Origin: Anaerolineae bacterium | GTDB taxonomy: Bacteria > Chloroflexota > Anaerolineae > S140-20 | Assembly (NCBI GenBank): GCA_027021705.1 | Contig: JALUTT010000034.1 | Span: 1-60,307 of the forward strand | Direction: 5' to 3' | Length of the DNA: 60,307 bases | In this document: positions 47,523 to 57,454 of the stretch, one piece after another | How the letters are laid out: the number at the start of each line of letters is the position of its first letter | Numbering within the stretch: the first letter of the stretch is position 1 | Translations under genes and position numbers: made by a program | Notes under the pieces: model-generated | What the model was told of the DNA's origin: nothing | Databases searched by the model: none | Seen by the model: the letters and a program-made list of their open reading frames with translations, nothing else

Positions 47523-47734
47523 ACGATCCTCCCGGCATGATGTGGCGTTGCCCCTATCCCGTTGCCCCATTGTACCATCGGTGGTCGCCGGGGGCAAGAG
47601 AACGCACCTGGTGATCACCCGTAAGTGAGCACAGGTTTGTTACCATAGGGGGCTGAGGAAGCCCAGGATTCCGGGGTCGTGCCCTCGCTCAGAGATAGTG
47701 ACGAAAAGCGCAGCCGCTGTCTTCCTTGACCCAT

Positions 47735-50080
<2,346 letters not shown>

Positions 50081-50089
50081 CGGGCACCT

Positions 50090-50190
50090 CCGGTTGGTCG
50101 GGTGGTCGGTTGGTCAAGTGGTCAAGTGGTCCTCAGTCCTCAGTCCTCAGTCCTCAGTCCTCAGTCCGCCACTTCGGTCGGCGGTCGCCT
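50090..50190. repeat. Short tandem repeats (GGTCAAGT, GTCCTCA)
   Basis: Same 7- and 8-mer vocabulary as 20067-20450. Confidence 0.85.
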
Positions 50191-50217
50191 CCGGCTTCCC
50201 CCTCAGTGCCTCGGCCC

Positions 50218-51297
50218 TCATCCCTCATCCCTCTTCCTTCGCGCCTCCCCCTCGCGGATCGCTTCCTCCAGGGCGTCCAAGGCCCGCTCGATGTCCTTAT
50301 CGTCCACCCAGGCGTGGGTCACCGCCCGCATCCCCATATCCGGGTACGCGCCGATGAGCACGCCCCGCGCCTTCAGCCGCGCGACGAGGGCCAGCCGGTC
50401 GGCGTGGTCGCCCTGGGCCAGGTCGAAGTAGACGATGTTGGTCTGCACCCGGTCCAGGTCAATGGTGTAGCCGGGCAGCGCGGCGATCCCCTCGGCCAGC
50501 CGGCGGGCCCGCCGGTGATCCTCCGCCAGCCGGTCCACCATCTGCTCCAGGGCCACGATGCCGGCGGCGGCGAGGACCCCCGCCTGCCGCATCCCGCCCC
50601 CCAGCACCTTGCGGGCGCGACGGGCCTGGGCGATGAAGTCGGCCGGCCCGCAGAGGAGGGAGCCCACCGGGGCCGAGAGCCCCTTGGAGAGGCAGAAGGT
50701 CACGCTGTCCACGTACCGGGTGATCTCCCGCACATCCACCCCCAGCGCCACGGCAGCGTTGAAGATGCGGGCGCCGTCTAGGTGGACCTTCAGCCCGTGG
50801 CGGTCGGCGATGGCCCGCACCTGGGCGAAGTAGTCGGGGGGGATGGCCGCGCCGTGGCAGCGGTTGTGGGTATTCTCCAGGGCGATGAGCCGGCTGCGGG
50901 GGAAGTGGACGTTGTCCGGTCGGATGGCGGCCTCGATCGCCTCCAGGCGGAGGGTGCCGTCGGGCTGGTTGGGCAGCGGGCGGGGATGGATGCCCCCTAG
51001 GGCCGCCGAGCCGCCGGCCTCGTAGAGGAAGGTATGGGCGAGGTCGCCCAGGATCACCTCATCGCCCCGGCCGCAGTGGGTCAGCAAGGCCACCAGGTTG
51101 CCCATCGTGCCGCTGGCGACGAAGAGGGCCGCCTCCTTGCCCATCCGCTCGGCGGCCATCGCCTCCAGCCGGTTGACCGTCGGGTCCTCTCCATAGACAT
51201 CGTCGCCCACCTCGGCCCGGTAGATCGCCTCCCGCATCGCGGGTGTGGGAGGCGTCACCGTATCGCTGCGCAGGTCCACGATGCCGTTGATGCTCAT
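50218..51297 (-). CDS. ltaE: Low-specificity L-threonine aldolase
   Basis: [62 protein letters not shown]. Confidence 0.93.
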   Translation of the reverse strand: MSINGIVDLRSDTVTPPTPAMREAIYRAEVGDDVYGEDPTVNRLEAMAAERMGKEAALFVASGTMGNLVALLTHCGRGDEVILGDLAHTFLYEAGGSAALGGIHPRPLPNQPDGTLRLEAIEAAIRPDNVHFPRSRLIALENTHNRCHGAAIPPDYFAQVRAIADRHGLKVHLDGARIFNAAVALGVDVREITRYVDSVTFCLSKGLSAPVGSLLCGPADFIAQARRARKVLGGGMRQAGVLAAAGIVALEQMVDRLAEDHRRARRLAEGIAALPGYTIDLDRVQTNIVYFDLAQGDHADRLALVARLKARGVLIGAYPDMGMRAVTHAWVDDKDIERALDALEEAIREGEARRKRDEG

Positions 51298-51366
51298 CAG
51301 CCGCTCCTTCCGTGTCTCGTCGTAGGGCAGGTTTCTTACCCGCTTGCGGAAAGCTGCCTTACATCC

Positions 51367-51395
51367 TTGACCTCTCCCCCCCGCCGTGCTATACT
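51367..51395 (+). promoter_or_regulatory. Sigma70-like promoter
   Basis: TTGACC-N17-TATACT with extended -10 TG, upstream of the NTase gene. Confidence 0.6.
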
Positions 51396-51462
51396 GGCAG
51401 AAGCCCTGGCGGTCGGAGGGGGCCTTGGCCGCCCCGCCTGCCGGCCCGATCGGAGGTTGATC

Positions 51463-52167
51463 GTGCCCATTCCCTCGGCCATCGCCGCCGTTGCCCCTGA
51501 CGGGCGTCCCACACCGGCTCAGCGGCGGCGTATCCTGATCGAAATCTGCAAGCAGCGCATCCGGCCCGGCACGGGCAGCGCGTCGGAGTTCCTGCGGCGG
51601 AGGACGGCGATGATCCCCTGGCCTGATCTGCGGCCCGTGCTTCGGGAGATCCCCTGGGCCGTCGTCGGTGCTGTAGCCACCCGCGCTTACATGCCGGAAC
51701 GGGCTACCAGGGACCTGGACATCCTGGTGCGCCGGGAGGACGGCGAAGAAGTACGGAGGCGGTTGCAAGAGGCCGGCTACACCTTCGTCGCCCCCTTGGC
51801 AGTGCCCGGCTTCTCGGTCCGCTCCCCCGACGGTGTAGGGGTGGTCGTCATCTTGGGCGAGGCCCCCTGGCTGCGGGAAGCCCTGGCGAGCCTTCGGCAA
51901 GACCCGGCCGGCTATCCGGTGCTCGACCTCCCCTACCTGGTCCTGATGAAGCTGGCCTCCTCCCGCAGCGTGGACATCGGCGACCTGTCCCGTATGCTCG
52001 GCCTGGCTTCGGACGAAGACCTGGACCGGGTGCGGGCGGTGGTCGCCCGGTACGCTCCCGAAGACCTGGAAGACCTGGAATCCCTCATCTGGCTGGGACG
52101 CCTGGAGATGCGCGGGGAGGAGGCCGACACGTCCAATGAAGCCACGACCAGGCATCCTCCTTCCTGA
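51463..52167 (+). CDS. Pol-beta superfamily nucleotidyltransferase-like protein
   Basis: VVGAVA..Y.P.RATRDLDILV, LVLMKL..R..D..D; GGAGG RBS before GTG 51463. Confidence 0.7.
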   Translation: MPIPSAIAAVAPDGRPTPAQRRRILIEICKQRIRPGTGSASEFLRRRTAMIPWPDLRPVLREIPWAVVGAVATRAYMPERATRDLDILVRREDGEEVRRRLQEAGYTFVAPLAVPGFSVRSPDGVGVVVILGEAPWLREALASLRQDPAGYPVLDLPYLVLMKLASSRSVDIGDLSRMLGLASDEDLDRVRAVVARYAPEDLEDLESLIWLGRLEMRGEEADTSNEATTRHPPS

Positions 52168-52203
52168 CCCGATCCGCCTCCTCGTTCCCTCGGTCCTGCT
52201 CCC

Positions 52204-53040
52204 TCAGTACTTCTTGACGATGGCCCGGTAGGTCTGGGGCTCCCGGCACTGGAAGACCTGGAACTCCTCCCGGTAGCGCCGGACCTCGTCCAGGTCCAGC
52301 CGGGCGACGATGTAGCCCTCGGTGGGCCGGCCCGTCTCCGGGTCCACCTCGCCGGCCAGGGAGGCGTAGACCTGCCCCCGAGGCCCCACGATGGCGCTAT
52401 CGCCCCCGAAGCTGTAGGAGGGCTCCTCCCCCACCCGGTTGGCCCCTGCCACGAAGAGGGTGTTCTCGTAGGCCCGGGCCAGCAGGTAGGTCCGCCACTC
52501 CTCCATCTGATCGGCCTCCCAGTTGGCCAGGACGGCCAGCAGTTCCGCCCCCTCCAGGGCCAGGCAGCGGGCGACCTCGGGGAAGGCCAGGTCCCAGCCC
52601 AGCATCAGCCCCACGACCCCAAAGCCGGTCTCCATCGCCAGGTAGCGGTAGCCCGTCCGAAAGGTCATCCGCTCCTCGCCCCGCAGGTGGACCTTGTGGT
52701 ACTCGCCGATCAGGTCCCCGTCGGGGCCGACGAGCACCGCCGTGTTGTAGAGGATGCTCTCCACCCGCTGCTTGGTCACCAGCCCGAAGGCAACGTGGAC
52801 GTTGAACTCGCTGGCCCGCTGGGCGATGAGGTTGACGGTGGGGCCGGGCACCCGCTGGGCGAACTCGGTGAAGCGGACGCCGCACTCCCGCCCCGTCGTC
52901 ACCAGCTCGGGGAAGAGGATCAGGTCCACCCGCTGTTCGGTGGCGATCTTGCGGATCCACTCCGACATCGCCACCAGGTTCTCCTCCATCTCGTTCAGCC
53001 GGGGGGCCATCTGAACGGCTGCGACAACGACTTCGCGCAT
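52204..53040 (-). CDS. Carbon-nitrogen hydrolase (nitrilase family), catalytic Cys replaced by Gly
   Basis: LFPEL, YNTAVL, YHKVHL, GLMLGWDLAFPE, ARAYEN, ANRVG. Confidence 0.85.
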   Translation of the reverse strand: MREVVVAAVQMAPRLNEMEENLVAMSEWIRKIATEQRVDLILFPELVTTGRECGVRFTEFAQRVPGPTVNLIAQRASEFNVHVAFGLVTKQRVESILYNTAVLVGPDGDLIGEYHKVHLRGEERMTFRTGYRYLAMETGFGVVGLMLGWDLAFPEVARCLALEGAELLAVLANWEADQMEEWRTYLLARAYENTLFVAGANRVGEEPSYSFGGDSAIVGPRGQVYASLAGEVDPETGRPTEGYIVARLDLDEVRRYREEFQVFQCREPQTYRAIVKKY

Positions 53041-53102
53041 CTTCTCACTCCTCGCAGTGGCAGACGGATTTCCATGCTTGGCTTGGGTCCTGGACCCGCC
53101 TG

Positions 53103-53131
53103 ACTATAATCGAAAGCGGCCCGCTTGTCAA
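53103..53131 (-). promoter_or_regulatory. Sigma70-like promoter
   Basis: TTGACA-N17-TATAGT upstream of the nitrilase-family gene. Confidence 0.6.
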
Positions 53132-53173
53132 ATGGCAGAGGTCAGAAGTAGGGCTCTTCAATGCTCTACCGTC

Positions 53174-53270
53174 ACCCTCCCGCAGGTCCCGCGGTGCCCG
53201 GCGACCGCCCTAGCATATCAAAGGCTACCTACGGTGCGTTTCAGGCCGTGGGAAGGACCTGCGGGAGGGT
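53174..53270. repeat. REP-like element (16-bp perfect arms)
   Basis: ACCCTCCCGCAGGTCC...GGACCTGCGGGAGGGT; the interior resembles 55041-55135. Confidence 0.8.
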
Positions 53271-53916
53271 CTCCCCCAAGGGTTAGCGCACTGAAAAGCC
53301 CCGGGGTCAGAAGGGCGATCCCCATCCAGAGCTGGTAGAGGCCGAAGAGGAAGAGGGCGAGGGCAGAGAGGCCGCTCAGGAGGCGACCGAGCCGGGCGTC
53401 GAGGCGTCCGGCGGTGGCGAAGAGGAGGATGAAGCCGGCGAAACCGCCGATGAGGGTGCCGTAGAAGCCGATGAGGAAGCTGGCCCCCAGGCTGGCCGAC
53501 CGCCGCCACCCCTCCAACAGGATCGGGCCGCCGATGAGGCTCCAGAAGAGGTAGGGGTTGGGGTTGAGGAGGTTCACCAGCGCGGCCTCGACGAGGCCCC
53601 TCTGGGCCATCTCGCCAGTCGGGGAGAGGGAGAAGTCGGCGCTCCTGAAGGTCTGGAAGGCCCCCCAGGCCAGGTAGAGGAGGAAAAGCCCTCCGGCGAC
53701 CTGCAGCCCCCGCAGGAGCCAGGCCGGGGTCTGGGTCAGGACCAGCAGCACGAGGAGGATGATGGGGCCATCGCTGAGGAGCGGGGCCAGCGCAGCCGGC
53801 AGCGTGCGCCGCCAGCCATTCTTCACCGACTGGGCGAGGAAGTAGGCCAGGAGAGGGCCGGGGGAGGCAGCCGCCGAAAAGCCCAGGGTCAGTCCTTTGA
53901 GGAGGTAAGCCAGCAC
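53218..53916 (-). CDS. LysE family translocator
   Basis: SPGPL, GGLFLLYLAW, NLLNPNPYLFW. Confidence 0.85.
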   Translation of the reverse strand: MLAYLLKGLTLGFSAAASPGPLLAYFLAQSVKNGWRRTLPAALAPLLSDGPIILLVLLVLTQTPAWLLRGLQVAGGLFLLYLAWGAFQTFRSADFSLSPTGEMAQRGLVEAALVNLLNPNPYLFWSLIGGPILLEGWRRSASLGASFLIGFYGTLIGGFAGFILLFATAGRLDARLGRLLSGLSALALFLFGLYQLWMGIALLTPGLFSALTLGGDPPAGPSHGLKRTVGSL

Positions 53917-53928
53917 GGTTCCTCGGTC

Positions 53929-54501
53929 CTAGAGAAGGTCTCTCGGAGCAAATAGCTTCGCCAAAGGGAGGGCGAACCCTTCAAGAAGGCCCTTGCCGCG
54001 CAAGGTGTCACCCTCGCCCAGCCGCTGCACCTCCGTAGGGGAACTGTAGACCCATACGGTGCGCTCCTTCGGTTCGATGATCCACACCTGCTGCACACCT
54101 ATGGAGAAGTACTCTTCCACCTTCTGTTGAACATCGGGCCAACGATCGCCTGGAGAGAGAATCTCAACCACCAAGTCCGGGGGTACCTCCAGATACCCTT
54201 GCGGAAGCTCAGGAAGCCGTTCCTTGGAGACGAAGATCACGTCGGCTCCACGGACTCGGTCCGGGTTGCGGCGCGTGTAGATGCCCACCTCTCCCCCTAG
54301 CACCCAACCCAGGCGATGACGAATCACGAAGTCGCGAAGATGCCCGATGACCTCCGACTCCAGGAGGCCGTGCTCACCACCCGTGGGAACCATAGGAACG
54401 ATCCTCCCGTCCACCAGCTCGCAGGGGCCGATGTCGCCCATAGCCAGCAACTCCTCGCCGGTGATCAGACGGGTCTCGGCGAACTCGGTCGTTACGGTCA
54501 T
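53929..54501 (-). CDS. Uma2 (DUF820) family endonuclease
   Basis: CELVDGRIV, ADVIFVS, PDLVVEILSP, KVEEY..GV..VWIIEP. Confidence 0.9.
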   Translation of the reverse strand: MTVTTEFAETRLITGEELLAMGDIGPCELVDGRIVPMVPTGGEHGLLESEVIGHLRDFVIRHRLGWVLGGEVGIYTRRNPDRVRGADVIFVSKERLPELPQGYLEVPPDLVVEILSPGDRWPDVQQKVEEYFSIGVQQVWIIEPKERTVWVYSSPTEVQRLGEGDTLRGKGLLEGFALPLAKLFAPRDLL

Positions 54502-54697
54502 CGCTTTGCCCTCCTGATCGCTAGACGTCCGCTACTCTGGCCCCGCACTCCCCACAGAACTTCGCGCCTGGGAGGAACCCATCCAAAGTATATCACACCC
54601 CCTCAACTTCTTCAAATTGCACCGGCCTTGCCGGGATTCCAGCCTGTGCTACAATAGAAGAGCAGCCGGGAGTCAGGACCAACAGGGATGATGAGCT

Positions 54698-55018
54698 ATG
54701 AAAATCCGTTTTCTCTACTACGAGGAGTGTCCTTCCCACGAGAAGGCCCTGGAGCGCCTGCGCCAGGTGATGGCCGAGGAGGGCATCCAAGCAGAGATCG
54801 AGATCATCAAGGTCGAGACAGAGGAGCAGGCCCGACGCTGGCGTTTCGTCGGCTCGCCGACCATCCTGATCAACGGTCAGGACATTGATCCCCCGCCGGC
54901 CGACGCCTACTACGCCCTCACCTGCCGGGCGTACCGCCTGGAGGATGGGCGCATCTCCCCGCTCCCCTCGACGGCGATGATCCGCCGGGCCCTCCGGGCA
55001 GCGCGGGCCTCCCTGTAG
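54698..55018 (+). CDS. Thioredoxin-fold protein (DUF2703-like)
   Basis: LYYEECPSH, FVGSPTILING.D, CRAY, SPLPS. Confidence 0.75.
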   Translation: MKIRFLYYEECPSHEKALERLRQVMAEEGIQAEIEIIKVETEEQARRWRFVGSPTILINGQDIDPPPADAYYALTCRAYRLEDGRISPLPSTAMIRRALRAARASL

Positions 55019-55040
55019 AGCGTGGCAGGCGCTAGGACCG

Positions 55041-55135
55041 CCCTCCCGCAGGTCACGCGGGGCCCGGTGACAGCAATGGCCTATCGGAAGCTGCCTATGA
55101 GGCGCTTCAGGCCGTAGAAGGGGCCTGCGGGAGGA
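55041..55135. repeat. REP-like element
   Basis: CCCTCCCGCAGG...CCTGCGGGAGG; diverged copy of 53174-53270. Confidence 0.75.
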
Positions 55136-55187
55136 TCCCTGAATCCCGATACCATATCCACCGCAACAGGAAAGGAGGTACAGAACG

Positions 55188-55721
55188 ATGGCCAACCTGA
55201 AGCCAGGCGATCGAGCGATCCCCTTCACGCTTCCGGGCGTAGACGACAAGGAGCACTCCCTGAGCGACTACGCCGACAAGGAGGCGGTGGTCGTCATCTT
55301 CAGTTGCAACCACTGCCCCTACGTGCAGGCGTGGGAGGACCGGATGATCCAGATCCAGGCCGATTACGCGGATAAGGGAGTCCAGCTCATCGCCATCAGC
55401 GCCAACGACGCGAAGAAGTACCCCGCCGACAGCTTCCCCAAGATGAAGGAGCGGGCACGGGAAAAGGGGTTCAACTTCCCCTACCTCTACGACGAGACCC
55501 AGGAGGTGGCCCGCGCCTACGGCGCAGAGCGGACGCCGGAGGTCTTCCTCTTTGATAAGGCCGGCGTGCTGCGCTACCACGGGGCCATTGACGACAACTA
55601 CGAGGACCCCAACGCCGTCCGGCACCACTACCTGCGCGACGCCCTCGACGCGGTGCTGGCCGGTCAGGACCCGCCCGTCCAGGAGACCCCCCCCGTGGGT
55701 TGTACCATCAAGTGGAAGTGA
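55188..55721 (+). CDS. Thioredoxin family protein (AhpC/TSA-like)
   Basis: FSCNHCPYV, FPYLYDETQEVARAYGAERTPE, YHGAIDD, GCTIKWK. Confidence 0.9.
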   Translation: MANLKPGDRAIPFTLPGVDDKEHSLSDYADKEAVVVIFSCNHCPYVQAWEDRMIQIQADYADKGVQLIAISANDAKKYPADSFPKMKERAREKGFNFPYLYDETQEVARAYGAERTPEVFLFDKAGVLRYHGAIDDNYEDPNAVRHHYLRDALDAVLAGQDPPVQETPPVGCTIKWK

Positions 55722-55729
55722 GGGGTCGC

Positions 55730-55990
55730 TTGGCCGCTTGGTCGGGTGGTCACTTGGTCGGGTGGTCGCCTGGTCAAGTGGTCAGGTGGTCACGTAGTCG
55801 CTCGGTTCTTGCCGCTTGCCGCTTGCTTCTTGCTGCTTGCTCCTTGCCGCTTGCGGCTTGATCGGCGGTCGGCGGTCCGCCGACGGCGGTCTGCCGGCAG
55901 ATCGCCGTCGGCAGGGCCTGCCCCTTTTCCTCCAGCAGCCCCTTGTGCCCTTTGTGGCCTCGGTGCCCTTCGTGCTCTTCGTGCGCCGAC
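55730..55990. repeat. Mixed 7/8/9-mer tandem repeat block
   Basis: GGTCGGGT/GGTCAAGT, GCCGCTT/GCTGCTT, CGGCGGT and TTTGTGCCC-like units. Confidence 0.8.
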
Positions 55991-56063
55991 CCGGTGCACG
56001 GCGCGGGATGCGGCAGGGTGCGGGTGTTTCAACGCCGCCGCGCGGGGCGGCCCCCCCACCTGA

Positions 56064-57329
56064 CTACGACAGCAACTCCCGGTAGACGGCGGCGACCCGC
56101 TCCGCGATGGAGGGCCAACTGTAGTGGCGCTCCACGTAGGGGCGGGCGTTCCGCCGGAAGCGGGCGTTGACCTCAGGGTGCTCCATCAGGTAGAGGAGTT
56201 TCTCCGCCAGGTCCTGGGCGTTTCGGGGCTCGAACTGAAGCCCAACCCGTCCCTCCAGCACCGTCGTCTTCAGGCCGCCCACCCGCGAGGCGATGACGCT
56301 GCTGCCACAGGCCAGGGCCTCCAGCGCCGTCATCCCGAAGGGCTCGTAGTAGGAGGGGATGACGGTCACGTCGCCGGCGCTGTAGTAGTAGCGGAGCACG
56401 TTCTGGGGCAGCCCTCCGGTGAAGGTCACCCGGTCCACCAGGTTGTAGTGGATGAGGAGGGCCTGAAGCCGCTGACACTCCGCCGTTTCCTCCCTCTCCA
56501 TCTCCGGTTGTTTGTCGTCCGATCCCTTGGGCCGTCCTCCGACGATGACGGCGTGCAGCGGCAGGTCAGGCCGCTCGGTCAGGAGAAGCCCCATCGCCTC
56601 CAGCAGTGTGTCAATCCCTTTCCGCCGCTCCAGCCGGCCCACGAAGGTAACCAGGAACAACTCCTCCGGGAGGTTGATGTACATCCGAGCTTCCTGGCGG
56701 GGGAGAGGCCGGAAGAGGTCCAGGTTGACCCCACAGGGGATCACCCGGATCCGCTCGGCATCGGCGGCGTAGGCCGTCATCAGGTCCTGCTTCTCCTGAG
56801 GCGTTGTGGCGATGATGCGGTCCGCCTCCCGAACGATCCGCCGTTCAATCTCCAGGCGCTGAGTGGGACTGGGGTCCTGCTGCCCCAAAGCCCGCCGCTT
56901 GACGAGGCCCAATGAGTGGAAGGTCTGGACGAAGGGTACTGACTTCTGAGCCCGCAGGGCCATCGCCACCGCGCCGCTGAAGTAGTAATGGCCGTGGACG
57001 AGCCGGTAATCGGCCCGGCGCTCCTCCCAGGAGCGGGCAATCCACTGCACCAGTTCCGGCAGGAAGAGGATGGTCTGCTCCTTGGGCAGGTACTGGGGCG
57101 GGCCGACCTGCACCCGGATCACCTGGGCGGTCGGACCGATCGCCTCCGTGGGAGGCTGGTCGGGGGACTCCCAGCGGGAGAAGACATCCACCCGAAATCC
57201 ATAGGTCCCCAGGTGGTGAGAGAGCTCCCGCACGTAGACGTTCTGCCCTCCATGGCTCGGTCCTCCTAAAGGGGCAAGGGGATCGCCATGGATGGAGATG
57301 AACGCGATGGGTAGGGTAGCCATGTCCAC
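56064..57329 (-). CDS. GT4 glycosyltransferase (MshA/SPS-like)
   Basis: ISIHGDPL..GGQNVYV, HGHYY, TFHSLG, VGRLERRKG, PSYYEPFG..LEA. Confidence 0.88.
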   Translation of the reverse strand: MDMATLPIAFISIHGDPLAPLGGPSHGGQNVYVRELSHHLGTYGFRVDVFSRWESPDQPPTEAIGPTAQVIRVQVGPPQYLPKEQTILFLPELVQWIARSWEERRADYRLVHGHYYFSGAVAMALRAQKSVPFVQTFHSLGLVKRRALGQQDPSPTQRLEIERRIVREADRIIATTPQEKQDLMTAYAADAERIRVIPCGVNLDLFRPLPRQEARMYINLPEELFLVTFVGRLERRKGIDTLLEAMGLLLTERPDLPLHAVIVGGRPKGSDDKQPEMEREETAECQRLQALLIHYNLVDRVTFTGGLPQNVLRYYYSAGDVTVIPSYYEPFGMTALEALACGSSVIASRVGGLKTTVLEGRVGLQFEPRNAQDLAEKLLYLMEHPEVNARFRRNARPYVERHYSWPSIAERVAAVYRELLS

Positions 57330-57454
57330 CTCCCCGTGGATGGGTCATCTTGATGTTCGCCTTGGGAAAGAAGCGCTGTGAGGAAGGTCCGGTAGAGCGT
57401 CCCGACCAACCAGGATGGGAGGGGTGGGGTGATGGGTTGGTGTGAAGCGGGCTC

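Noticed and set aside
50218..52155. 645-aa version of threonine aldolase, and similarly extended starts for tdh, yjbQ, comM, dndA and the kinase
   Set aside because: The N-terminal extensions overlap other genes or lack homology; shorter starts matching family lengths were chosen.
54698..55721. Selenoprotein read-through in the thioredoxin-fold genes
   Set aside because: No in-frame TGA at the redox motifs; both use Cys.
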